DNA from: Paraspadella gotoi
Lineage: Eukaryota; Animalia; Chaetognatha
Reading direction: 5' to 3'
Assembly (NCBI GenBank): GCA_051294375.1
Contig: CM119266.1
Coordinates: 12,886,081-12,950,080 of the forward strand
DNA: 64,000 bases
The position numbers and the translations under genes were made by a program. Below, piece after piece: positions 15,054-28,530 of this stretch. The notes beneath the pieces were generated by a model, which saw only the letters and a list, made by a program, of their open reading frames with translations, was not told where the DNA came from and ran no database searches. Position 1 is the first letter of the stretch, and every line of letters starts with the position of its first letter.

Positions 15054-15208
15054 TCCTAGACTTTCAAGATTTCTTATCACATAAAAGAGAAAAAAAATAT
15101 TCTTCTGGGAAAAGTCGTTCCGCCTAAAATCCTGGTTTCAATTACGAAAGTCGGGATTTTTCTTTCTCTTTTGATTTGGAAAAGACCAGTTTGAGGAAGA
15201 GAGAAGAG

Positions 15209-15254
<46 letters not shown>

Positions 15255-17123
15255 GAGGAGCGGGGAGAGAGAGGGAGGAGAGAGAGAGAGCCCAACGCAA
15301 AGAGTGGAATTTTTTCTTCGCAAACTTACGATTTGTTGTATGTGCAGCGCCAATTATTATTTATGACAATGTTCTCCGGTCCGTCTCTCTCGAAAAAAAA
15401 GAAAAAAAGAAAATAATGGGCTCGTAAATTTCCATGAAACCACCATCCCGCCCATCCGACCCCTCCTACCCCTCCCCTACCCGCATAGCCCCCTCATCTC
15501 ACACACACTCAACTTCCAAGTTGATGAAACGGCTCATGAAACATTGAAACCCCCACCGCATGACGCCGATAATGGGTACTACGCATCGTACGACCAAGTA
15601 AGATTTCAAATCCGACGTTCGCGCGTAAGAAAAGAATCGCGTCACCAGCCAATCAAACGAGGATACCGTCAAAGCGCCATGATCGAATTAAGCCAATGGG
15701 AGCGCCAGAATATGCTACAGATTTCGACCATATGAAACTCTCGATCGTCGCTGCGGAGGCCGATTCGCCCGTAGCCTCCCGCCTTCCGCCCGCTGATATC
15801 GGCGTCGATATACCTAATCGCAAGCGCGCGATATCAACAATTTTTAACAATTCACAAACATTACTATACAACAATGAAAATAAGTTTTTGACCTTTTCTA
15901 GTTGAGTTATGATTTAATATGACTTATCAGTGAAAGGCATTAGCCGTCGCGGAAAATGACTTTCAAGTTTCAACATTCCTCAAAATATTTAAAAATTATG
16001 AATGGTGATTTCAAACAGATTTTTCTCAAATGTGAAATCGAAGCGAGTCGTGCATCATATTAACTTCACGCTATGATCGCCGTCGAGGTTAATCAGCTCG
16101 CGTTTCCACACAAGCCGACAATTTGGCAAAGCTCGACTTTGCCGTGAAGTATGCAGTGTGAGTCGTGAAGTATGGTAAGCGGTGTAGAATGTAGAATATT
16201 TGACAAGAAATACATTTTACGTTTTGGTTAAAATAATAATAAAATAACCCGTTTGTGCTGTTCGTTGAATATTATAAACTTGACTTTTTCTTAGAATGCT
16301 TTTTAACCGCTAATACTTCCCCGATAAAAGAAAAAAAAAAGATAACAAAAAAAGAAAATGGTTTTACCGAAAAACAACAACAACAAAAAAAAAAAGGAAC
16401 TAAAAATCCAGAAAAAAACATAAAGGAGCAAAAACCCATCTAGATTTCACTCAGAATCCCCGAACGAGAGCAAGAAGCAATTTCATCGGCGTCCAGCGGC
16501 GATAAAAAGGAAAGCGCCCAACCGAATAAAAAAATAGGCCGGCATCCTCGGGATTCGATCCGGCATCCTCCGGATCCGAGACTGGGGGAGGGGGTGGAAA
16601 TGGCGGCGAGCGAGTCTCGCAACCTCGTTTCCTCTTTTTTAGCTGAGAAGAAGGTTCGGCGGCAGAGTTGATCAAAGCGTCGTAGTTTTTGCTTTTTCCG
16701 ATTGCATGAATTAAGCAACGTAGACGAGACGAATCTTAACCGTAGATTGTGCAAGTGAGTTAAGTACTATGGTAGAGGAAAGGCTTTGTTGTTATAATCA
16801 CATAAGACACTAAAGACGATCGTTGTTTAAAATTTAATTTATGAACAGCTATCAAAGAGTGCTACTTTTTTTAATCTGTCAAACTCAATGAATAAATAAA
16901 TATATATATAAATAAATATATAAATAAACAGACTAATAAATATATAAATAAATTAATAAATTAATAAATAAATAAATTAATAAATATATAAATATATTAA
17001 TATATAAATTTACAAATATATAAATAGAAAAGACAGATAAATTTAAAAAAAAATCAATCAATTAAAAAATTAGCCAGTCTGTCAGTCAATCGATCAACAA
17101 ATCATTTCATGAATCAAACTCAC

Positions 17124-17167
17124 CAATCATCATGGGGAATCCAGCGGCGGCGGCGAAGGCTCCGGAT
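17124..17167 (-). CDS. Candidate 44-nt exon, possibly carrying the start codon of the minus-strand gene
   Basis: ctctccag| acceptor, |gtgagt donor; SGAFAAAAGFPMMI-G joins exon 9810 to give MMIDPSYAKSPPW. Confidence 0.4.
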
Positions 17168-18074
17168 CTGGAGAGATAATGTTCCGAAGTTTGTTTCATG
17201 GTCATCATGACGCTGTTGATAGTTTTAATTTTGGGAAGATGGGATTGGAGGAAGGGATTGGTCACTGCCAAGGATGGTCCGTGAAGAAGGGTAAGTTATG
17301 AATAAATAGCTGCGATGAGGTGAGCGCCGTCTCTTTCTGTGGAGGATCAACCCAGGCGCCGCAATCAAGGACGAAAAAAATAATTAGATTTCGCCCGGCC
17401 CGGAATAAGATGCGGTTTTTTTTATTTCACTTTAATTATTAAATATATTTAAATGTTTTTATTTTTATTTTTTGTGGCTTTGATTTTCTTTTTATTCAGT
17501 CATTTGACGAGAGAGTCTTTGTCATGATTTAACCAAACGCGGGAAATAAAATTTAAAGTTAACAGAAAAAGACGAGCGAGGAAGAAAACTTTTTTTTCTC
17601 TCTTTTTTTTTCCAATAATCGAACTTGTAAATTTGATTTCCACCCAAATCGGATGTTTTATAAAAATTGGAAAAGAAGGGGGGGAAACGCTGATATATAT
17701 TGAGTCGGAACTCGATGCCGCGGTTGGAGGGGGGGAAATTAGGAGGAGGAAGAGGAGGAGGACGTTGAAAGAAGGAAGAAGAGGAAGACGCCGAAAAATA
17801 GAGGAAGCGGAAGAGGAAAGGAAGAGAAGACCTCTTCGTCAAATAAAGAACTCGACTTTCACGGAATCGGGAGGGGAAACTGGACTCTTTCTGTCACATT
17901 CTCCTCTCTCTCTCTCTCTCTCTCTCTCGTCTCCGTCTCTCTCTCTCCTCGTCTCTCTCTCATCTCCTCATCTGCTCTCTTCTCGTTCTCTCGTTCCCCT
18001 TCTACTCTCATCCTCCCTCTCATTTTTTTCAACTTTCCGCTCAAATCTATAAACTTCTCTTGTCCTTCTGCCTG

Positions 18075-18105
<31 letters not shown>

Positions 18106-18118
18106 CTCTCTCCTCTTC

Positions 18119-18193
<75 letters not shown>

Positions 18194-18259
18194 ATTTTTT
18201 TCACTTTCGCCAAATCTTAAAATCTTTTTCTCTTTCCTTCTGCCTCATTCTCTCTCTCT

Positions 18260-18346
<87 letters not shown>

Positions 18347-20052
18347 GAGTCGACTCGACGAGGCGCTTGAAGTTACTTCGTTCGCCGACTTCGTATCGGA
18401 CGGCGGCCGTGGGAATCGGCTGGTGGCGGCGACGGTGGCGCTGGGGCGGCGGCGGCTGCTGGCGGATATACTCCCTCATGCTTCGGAAGAAGAGGAAGAG
18501 CGGCGGCGGAAGAGGAATACGAGAGGAGAGGAAAGGAAAACGGAGGACGGAGGAAGGAGAAGAGGAGGAGGAAGGGAACCGCGATTAAGAGGAGGAGAAG
18601 GAAGAGAAGAAAAGACGGCGAGATGTAGTTTTGAATATTTTTATTTCGGCGAAGATTTAAAAAAAAACCGAGGTCAGAAAAAAGTAAAAAAAATACTGTC
18701 CGTTCCTTTAAGCCTCATTCTTCCTTAACTCTCATACATACGTAATTTTTGAATTTACTGACACTAAAATGGATAAAAACAGAAAAAAGAAAATCTAATT
18801 TAATTGTTACGGAATAAATCCAGAAAGAAGACTCAGAATGTCGGATGGAACAATCTAAAAATAGCAAGCGGGAATATGGAAAACGATGGCAATGTCGATA
18901 GAAGATGGCAATTCGGAAGACGATTGGCAATATGGAAGAAGGGAAAGTCAGATTTTCATCGAAAAGCGGAGAAAGACACGACGCGAGTCAGGGAGAGATC
19001 ATAGAGGGCGAGGAAGAGGGTTTAGGGGGGAGTGGGAGTGGGGAGTGGGGAGTGTGGAGGCAGTGTGGAGGAGGGGAGGCGATATACAAGAAAGAGACAG
19101 CAACTTAGGCAAACGATCAAGCCTTCAAAGAGTAGCTACTTTTTTGTTGTCAGCGCTTTTAAAATAATGCCTAAAAATAAAAAAAAATAAAAAAAATATT
19201 AAAAAAAAAAAATAAATAATAAGATGACAAAACGCTATAAAGTAGACGACTAAAAAAAAAATAAAAATTTTAGCTCATTTAGAAATTTGATAAAACGACC
19301 AACAAACGAAATCCAGACGGACAGACAATCAAAAGGCCAGACCCACAGACAGACAGATCTCTTCCCTCTTCTCTCCGCCCGATTAAAAAAAAAAGGGAGA
19401 TTTCTCTTCCGCGATTCGAAAATGTCACCGAATTGAGGTCGCGAGATAAAGGGCGCGAAAACCCTTCCGAGGTGAGACGTCGCGCGAATCGAAGACGTCG
19501 ACGCCGAAAAAAAAGGCGCCTCGCATATCACGCGCGCGCCTTTTGCGGGCGCCCTTTTTGGGGGAAGGGCGCCGGATTGAGCGCCGGATTGAGCGACCGG
19601 AAGGAACGCAGAATCACGCGTCTAATCGAGGAGTAAAAAAATTATTCGTCGAGACGGTTTTGGGGGGGAGATCTCTTTCGAGTGAATTGATTGTCGTTTT
19701 AAGAGAGAGAGAGAGAAAGAGAGAGAGAGAGGGAGAGAGAGAGAGAAAAACAGCTGATTCCTCAAGTCAACAACTTCACTGAATTCCCTCCACAATAATT
19801 AAAAATACTTGAACTAATTCTTATCATTATCAAGTATATTCTTTTCGGGATTCTTTGATTTTCTCGCAACTTATCGCTCTCGCTCTCCACCCCCTCTCTT
19901 CTCTCTTCTCTTCCTTACTTTCTCACTTCTTCGGGCTACGATATTTATCCCCCCCACTTTATTCTTACTTTGCTAAAAGCTTCCGCTTTTAAGCGATAGA
20001 GGGACTCGCTGAGTTAAAACAAAGGAATTCTTCTCACACGGCGCGCGAAGGG

Positions 20053-20158
<106 letters not shown>

Positions 20159-21589
20159 AAATTAATTGCAGCTTATATAATGCGTACAGAGGTAACAATT
20201 CACTAAGCAACAACGCTTAATAATTTCTTTAGAGATAACAGCCACAGGACGGTATTTCGCGTTACCTCCTTTGGAACCATCAAAAGGGTTTGTGTATTGG
20301 TCGTAGTTTCACGCTTGCATTTTTTTTCTTTGTTTTTTCTCATTTGTAAACAAAAGAATCCGTGACGAATTAACGCACCGCAATTAGTGGATTCTTAAAA
20401 TAAAATCTGAATTGTTCTTCGTTCGTTAAAAAAAAGATAAGCATGAAATGCAAATGAGATTTGTATTGAAGCGCGAAAAGTTAATCGTAACTTTTTTCTG
20501 TTTCGTGGAGTGAGTGAACAAAATGTTTACAAACTTGGACTATTGACTTACCTTATGACTAATTCTTTTCATTCAAAGTCTCTCTTTGATAACTATGATC
20601 GAACAATGAACTGCCGAACAGTTTTCTACAAGGAAAGAAAACATCGAAACAACGAAACAACGAGATCGAACAACACGAAAAACCGGAAAAAGTCGATGGC
20701 GCCGTCGATCTCGGAAGGGCGCTGGAAATTAGGGCAGATTCTCCAACGAGATTCTTGGGCCGAACATTCTCCGTTGATGGCCGCTCTGCCTCACTTGGAC
20801 GCTGGCTCACTAGAGACCCGTTTGGACATTACAACTATTTTTCTCTCAATTTTTTCTTTTCTTGTATTATATTCCACATGCCTTCCCTAGCCACCCTCAC
20901 TCATGCAGTCTCCCTACCCCATCCTTCACGTCCACCCCCAATAACCCCCATCGATAAAACTCACTACGTGGACGTCGTTAGCCCCGAGTTTTCTCTTTGA
21001 TGCCCGACGCTTAAGAGGCTCCTCCTCCTCCATAGCGGATGAATTGGCCCGTCACGATTCGGACATTTGCCCGCTGGCGGAATAGTGAGCGATCGAAAAA
21101 AAAGTGTCGGGTAATATCAAAGGTTGAAAATGATAAATCTTTATATTTAGCACGGCAGAGCACTTTAGTTGTGTTCGTACCCTAGATAACAATCCAGGAA
21201 CAGTATATTGGTGATAAATTAAATGGATTTAACCAAAAAGTTTACATTTACGTATAAAAAGTTATAAAAAGCGGCGAATTCTAGTATATCGCCTCCGCTC
21301 CATAATAGTCTAAATAGGCCTACTGTACCAAGCTACATTTGGATTTTTCGCGCTGATGTTCAATAATCGAAAATTCAGGCGACATTAAGCGATTAAAACT
21401 CTTTAACGTCACTGCCGTTTCTATCTCAAGATGGACAATGCCCCAAATAGATCGTCCAGGTGAGTTGTCGTTGTCGTTATCTTGGTCCTCGTTCGAGCAA
21501 AGCAAACCAAAAAATCTAAGGGAAAAGAAGACAGAGACAGCGACAGCGACAGAGACAGAGAAGAGACAGAGAAGAGACAGAGAAGAGAC

Positions 21590-21639
<50 letters not shown>

Positions 21640-22554
21640 AATAAAAAGTATTGCAAAATTGTCACGACTACAAAAGCCACTTCAACTACGATTCCGTAAC
21701 TTTCAACTGGAGTCCCCAGACGCCGGAAAATATCTTTGTCGGTTCCAAACCGGAAATGGGGTTCGATCCCCAAAGGCAAGAAAGACCGCGACGAGAGACG
21801 AGATAGCGAAAGTCAGTCTCCGGCGCCGGATTTGCTTCTTAGGAGTCGGAAAAACTCGTCGATCGTAACGGAGGAAATAAGGGGGAAGCGTTACGGAGCT
21901 GAGATCCAGAGCCTTGGTTGTCCTCGCGGGGGTTTTGAACTCCGCCCAAAAACAATCTTCCTTGGTTTTTCTTTGCGGAGCGAGAAAGGGAGGTGGGGGA
22001 GAGAAGAGGGACGAGGAAAGAGGGAGAAGAAAGGAAAGGAAAATAAAATTGGGAAAGGATAGAGTGAAAAACGTAAAGGAAAAGAAGAAGGAAAGTAGGA
22101 AGCAGGAAAGATATCATGGGAAATTAGTTAGAAGGAAGAACGAAATAAGCAAGGGATAGAGAAAACAAAACAAATACTGCGGAATTTTCAATGCTTTTTT
22201 CGTTGCCGTCCCCTCTGGACAAATCACCTTTTTTGGCTGGGTCAACTGGTCATTAACTGGTCATTAACCTTAGGTTTTTATCGAACATAGGTTTAAAGTT
22301 AATGACTATTAGTATTACGAATAATGTAAACCAAGCTCCCACAAAAAAAATACATAATCCAATTTTCAGAATTAACCCACTTCATTTTTCCTCCGATGTT
22401 TGTTTTCCTTGACACAATATCGTGTTTTCATATCGCGTCGATCCGCCCCCTCGACCCAAAAAAATTCATTTTTCCCGCCGAGATCAAGGGAAAATCCGAA
22501 AATCAATTTCCAAAATTTTTTTAAAAAATATCTTTTTTCTTTCTCAATGAATTT

Positions 22555-22626
<72 letters not shown>

Positions 22627-22642
22627 TTTTTCTTTCTTTTTT

Positions 22643-22697
<55 letters not shown>

Positions 22698-22720
22698 ATC
22701 TTTCTTTCTTTCTTTCTTTC
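22555..22720 (+). repeat. (TTTC)n microsatellite
   Basis: Tetranucleotide run; a related T/C tract fills Rhs intron 3 (~28400-28560). Confidence 0.92.
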
Positions 22721-24083
22721 AATACATCTCTTTCAGTATTATTCTCTTTTTTCTCTCCGTTACATTTCCATGCCTTATCCCCTCACATTAACTCACTCAG
22801 AAAATCATCTATTTTTATAAAACGAATTTATATTATTTTTTTTTCCGCCAAAATTTTATATGTTAAAAACTATGATCCCTTAAACTTGAATTCGTTTAAA
22901 ACCTCAACCACAACTTACAAACAGTTTGATTCTTTGCCCACTTCATTTTTATCACTTCCCAGCCATTGCACTCCCTCTCTCTCGTTCACCACCACCTCCC
23001 CTCTCTCCAAAAAAAACCTTTCCAATCTTTTTCCTTAAAACCCTTTTCCCCCCAAAACCCGACGGCCTCTTCGACCCCAAGGCTCTTCAAGGTTTCTAGC
23101 AGCTCATTTAGTCAGCCCCCCGTTGGAGGTCTTGCGCTTTTATTTCTTTCCACCTCATCCTCTTCATCCTCCTCTTCCTCATCTTCCTCCTCTTCTCCTC
23201 ATGCTTCGTCTCATAATTCCTTTTCTTCCTCTTCCTTCATCTTTTCCCAATTTTTCACTCTCTCGTCTTTTTAATTTCTCCCTTCTTCCTCCTCCTCCTT
23301 CGAAGAGTAGCCCGAAGGCAGCCTGGAAGAGACCGTCGGATTGGAAGACCCCGTCGAGACCCGCGGCTCCGGAGACGTCGACGCTGTTGTTGCAATGTTG
23401 CCCCTCGACGCCAGAGCGAGACTCGAGACGCGTCCGGCCGCCTCGGGTGTGACGCCGGCGTGGGGGAGTTCCCTTTTTTTTTACGAGGGTGGAGTGGTGT
23501 GTGGATGGGATGTCGAGGGTGTTGGTTGGCGATAGGGTGACGACTGACGACACAGTGATGGCAAGTAATAGTTTTTTGGAGGTCCTGCGTGATTTTGTTG
23601 AAAGCAATCTATTGTACACAAAAGGGCGAGCTCGTCGTTGATTTCGTTCATTGCTTCAAAGAACCGTTTCAGGCCAGATACTGACTGTTGCAGCCTGACT
23701 TTGTGGTACTAAACCGCATCATTGTCTTAGATTCAAGATCGATGGGCTTTTTACAGCTTTTGGAAAGATGACAACAAATTCGTGTACCACTCAGAACTAT
23801 CCTTTTAAAAGATTCTCTACCAGCAACAAAGCAACAACAGCGTGTCAGATTTAACCGAGAGCACTTCTCTCTCTCCCCCCCCCAATTCACGGCCCACATT
23901 TTTGTTTGGCGCAATAAAACCTGGAGAAAATCGCGCTAAACGTCTTTGACTGGAGGCGCCCAATTAGCGCGCGCTTAGACTCTTAATTACGTCCATCTTG
24001 TAACTGGACGCAAACCGAACGGAATGAATTAAAACATCGTTCGATCCCTCGATCCTTTTCCAACTACCCACGCCCAGTCATCG

Positions 24084-24175
<92 letters not shown>

Positions 24176-24522
24176 ACATGCCTTTTTTTTAGCATCAAGC
24201 CGCCAGGTATATGATTCGTTCTCGTTAATCGATTAACGAATCGATTAGCGATCTAAAAACTCATTTGCATTTTGTAGGACGTGTGATTTTTTTTTCTTTT
24301 AAGTAAATGTTTATTTATCTTTAGGCCGCAGTAAAAACCTAATTCTTTAATCAAAATAACGAATTTCTCACGAAATCCCAAATTATATAAAGGACAGCTA
24401 GAGTAGTAATGAGTTATGAATTCATTAATTTGGCGTACTATCGTGAAATAATCTGAATGATGATGTTAAAAACAAACCGTTGGGCGAAAATGATAAAATA
24501 GTGATAAAATAGATAAAAAAGT

Positions 24523-24850
24523 TTGGTAAATGTGGATTATAAAATGATAAGTGGTTTTATCCATGCACGATTAGTAGAGGTTTTACCTGGATTGGTGCAA
24601 GAGGATCAGGGAGGTTTACCAGGGAGAAAAATATCAGATGTTTTGCATATAATACAGGATGTCATTGATTATTGTAGAATTCATGACGTTGGAGGAGCTT
24701 TGGTATTTCTGGATCTTGAGAAATGTTTTGACAGGGTAGACCACAGTATGGTTTTAAAGACTTTAAAGAAATGTGGTTTTGGGAACAATTTAATTAATTG
24801 GGTAAGGTCATTTTATAATAGAATATTAGTTAATAGGCATTGGTCTGATT
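24523..24850 (+). mobile_element. Non-LTR retrotransposon reverse transcriptase fragment (L1/Tx1-like)
   Basis: NVDYKMIS...RL..VLPGLVQEDQGG.PGRKISD...GALVFLDLEKCFDRVDH...LKKCGFG...INWVRSFY; truncated on both sides. Confidence 0.88.
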
Positions 24851-24873
24851 TACCATATAATTTGCGATTGTCA

Positions 24874-24945
<72 letters not shown>

Positions 24946-25011
24946 AAGTGAGAGAGAGAAAGATAGTGAGAGAGAGAGTGAGAGAGATATAGAGAAAAGT
25001 GGGAGAGAGAG

Positions 25012-25042
<31 letters not shown>

Positions 25043-25045
25043 TAA

Positions 25046-25095
<50 letters not shown>

Positions 25096-25501
25096 AAAAA
25101 AAAAGGGAGAAAATAACTGGTTTTTAAAGCGTCTCGTCTTGAATAAAAAAAGGGGGGAGAAGAAAACACATAAAAAAAAAAGCAATGAGATAAAAAGAAA
25201 TGAAAATCGGTGGAGTCTGATTAAAAACCCAGATGGTTCGAGTTATGGATTCGCCGTCGACGCCGTCCGAATGGCGGGGCGTCCCGGGAAAGCAAAAACT
25301 AAATGGAGGAAACGGAGTTCCAACCAAAAAATGACGGCCGTTCCGGGGATTGTGGGGTGGCAGGGGTGGTGAAGATGGGCGGGGGGGGGCTGATAGGGGT
25401 GTGAGTGGGGGTAAGGGGAAAAAGAGTGTTGAGATCAAGGGGCTATTTAGGACAGGGGGTTAGATTTGAGATGAGTTTTGTTGGAGGAAAAGAGTTTTTT
25501 G

Positions 25502-25639
25502 TTCCGACAGACTTGGGAATTTAGTGTATGTATATAAAGACCATAGGTTGTACAAGGTCAAGTTAAAATAAAGTTTTACTTGACCTAGCCCAACTTATCG
25601 TCTTTACATACATACACTAAATTCCCAAGTCTGTCGGAA
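25502..25639. repeat. ~140-bp near-perfect palindrome (MITE/foldback-like)
   Basis: TTCCGACAGACTTGGGAATTTAGTGTATGTATATAAAGAC pairs with GTCTTTACATACATACACTAAATTCCCAAGTCTGTCGGAA; the inner arms AGGTCAAGT / ACTTGACCT also pair. Confidence 0.85.
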
Positions 25640-27173
25640 TAAGAATTTCTCACTTCCGCGAATAACGTATATAAAGTATAATATTAGTTGAAATAACTAT
25701 TCGTCAAATGTTTAATTTCAGTCTCTCACTACTTATGATATCCGGGCTTAGCTAAACCATATTCTTTGTCAAAAAAGCCTGATAAAATGTTTTTAGTTGT
25801 GAAGATTGAACCTTGAAGATCGAACCTCGTATCCTAATTTTTTTTCCCATTGATCCTCAGAATTGTAGAGGTTAAATAAATTGGATGAGGACAGTAGGGA
25901 GTCGAGTACTGCAGGGGAGGGGAGCACCCTGCCAGCAGAGGAAGAGAGAGATGGGGGTAGAAGAAATAAAGCAATATCGTATGAAGTATAGTGAGGTACA
26001 GGGGAAAATAAATGGGAGGATAATCAAATAGTTTTTAAATAATTCAGGGCAGAAGACTTAATGTTGTTAGAAAAAAATGTACAAACCATAAGTAAACAAA
26101 AAAAAACCAAAACCTATCAAATATTTATAATTAATATATAATATTAATATTAGTATTATTTTAATATTAATAGAATTAATATTAGTAATATTATATTAAT
26201 ATTATATTTATTTTAATATTTATATTTATATTAAGTTAAAAATAAAATTGTTGTTTTGGAGAAGTCTTTTTTTTTTGATAGCATAATTCGAAGTTTAGAC
26301 TTGAGACATCTGGAGCCATCTCGTAATTATTTGTGTTGGAGTCTATTAACAAATGAACAAAAGTTAAATAAAATTCGAAATATATCCTCGATTTAATTTA
26401 CTTACACATAAATTTTCACATTGAAATTTAGTGCATTAATTTCTAATTATATAATTTGAAAAATAGGTTACATAGATTAATAACTTCAACCTTGTTGACT
26501 TCAAATATGAGAAATATAGTATTAATCAAAACAAGAAAACCGGAAAGTTGTGAAAAAAAGCGGAGAATAAGCAAAACAATGAACCAATTGATTTGTCAAA
26601 ATCATTAATAGAAACAGGTTTTAATTATACAAAGAAACGATGTTGAGTCATTATGAGTCACTATACTATTAATATGAATATATGATCGCCGACGAGAAAT
26701 TTCACTCTTCTTCAAATTAATCGTAAGAAAGTTAAAGAAAACGAATCTCGCATGACGCGTTAACGTGGGAACTCGTAATTAACCTATAACCATTTTTATG
26801 TCCAACTTAAGTTGAGAATAAAATCCCGTTCGTGTCAAAACTCAAACCTTCCCCGACGAGTTTCAAATATCATCTAAATGCGCTCCACTTACATCCGGAT
26901 TTCCCCTCTACCAGTAACATACGGGGGTTTGAGACAAAGATTTTTTAGTTCCTCAGGTCGTGACGGTAATCCCGGTTTACTTAGTAAGTAATAACCGCAC
27001 CTTCGATCATTCGATCCTTCTTCGATAAAATATTCGATCCTCAAACAAAGTTTTTAAAAAAATATTCAAAAACTTCGAAATCTTTCGCCTCAAAAAAGCA
27101 GAGTTTTTTAACATTAACTGTCAAAACTAAAATTAAATAATCAAAAATATATACGGGATCTATCTCGTTTGCC

Positions 27174-27409
27174 ATGGTCTCCAAAGCGGCGCCACGATCG
27201 GCGCCACTTTTAAGGCCGCGCGCCTTTCTCATTTTTTTTCTGGCGCTGCCGATCTTCGCCGACGCCTTCTGCAACGAATCTCGGGGCGCGCCGAGTGAGA
27301 GCGAGCCGACCGAGCACGTCGCCAACGTCGACAGCGTCACGGAAGTCAGTCAGGGAGTGGTGGCGCACTCAATTCCGATTCCACTGCCTGACGGACCTGG
27401 ATCACTAAG
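27174..27409 (+). CDS. Rhs gene exon 1: signal peptide and start of SpvB-like domain
   Basis: MVSKAAPRSAPLLRPRAFLIFFLALPIFADA|FCNES...HSIPIPLPDGPGSLR; donor AG|gtttgg at 27410. Confidence 0.85.
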
Positions 27410-28482
27410 GTTTGGGAATTAGTTTTAGATCATCTGATATAAAAACAGAAAGCGGACCGAGTTGCTCTTCGCTGACTGCTGAGTTCTCACGGTTATAAAT
27501 GTAATTTTCGGCTGACAACGTCTTTTGTTCTTTTTTTCGAAACCCTGACTAATTACGAGAGGATCTCAAAATTTTAAATATACAAACGATACAGACGATT
27601 CATTAACTTTAACAAAAGTATTGTCCCTACTTTTCTAAACACCAGACCGGAACTCTCCATCGACTACTCCAGCTCGGGGTCGCAAGGCGTCGTGGGCATC
27701 GGATTCGGAATCAGCGCCGTCTCTACTATCGTCAGATGCAGGAAGACGCTCGCTCAGGACGGAAAGATCGGGGGCGTCGAGTACGAATCTCTCTCCATCT
27801 TTTTTTAAATTTTCTGAGGGCGCGGTTCCCGATCAAGGGGTTTTTTTTTTTCTTAATTACTTTTATTTTTATTTTTATTATTATTATTTTTATATACTAA
27901 AACGTTTCAACTTTATCATTTTTAAAAATTTAACTCAAGAAAAATAATGTATTCTTGTTTTTACGTATAATTATAGTTTATTTCAAACATTGACGCGTTT
28001 ATACTGTTCGAAATACGCAAGAATTATATATTGAGTTTGAGAAGTAAGTCAAGAAAAGTAAGTAAATTCCCTGTTTTCTAGATTCACCCTCGAAGACGCC
28101 TTTTGCCTGGATGGCGCCCGCCTTCGCAACGTCTCCGGCGGTTCCGGCGCTCCCGGCGCCGAATATCGCTCAGAGATCGAGTCCTTTTCCCGCGTGAAAT
28201 CGGTGGGCGTGTCCGGCGCAGGCCCGGCGTCTTGGACGGTGGAGACCAAGGATCGGCGCCGCATGACCTTCGGTGACGTGGATGCAGCGCGAGTTCATGG
28301 CGATGGACAGGAATCGATCTACGCCTGGTCGTTGACCAAGGTCGAAGATTATTTCGGGAATTCCGTGCGATATAGGTGAATGAAATTGAAATTAGAATTT
28401 TTTTCTTTCTTTCTTTTTTCTTTTTTTCTTTTTTCTTTTTTCTTTTTTCTTTTTTCTTTTTTCTTTTTTCTTTTTTCTTTTT

Positions 28483-28530
<48 letters not shown>

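Noticed and set aside
15640-15700. Paired CCAAT boxes as a promoter
   Set aside because: Short motifs with no linked transcription start or first exon.
16535-16585. B-box-like GGATCGAATCC on the minus strand (possible SINE head)
   Set aside because: No A-box or cloverleaf, and no second copy seen in the window.
21735-21778. tRNA-like fragment (CGG-TTCCAAA-CCG then GGGGTTCGATCCCC)
   Set aside because: No A-box, D-arm or acceptor stem and a short T-loop; at most a relic or chance match.
23179-23914. Coding-like stretch with short ORFs on both strands
   Set aside because: All frames are interrupted, with no recognisable motif or convincing splice sites.
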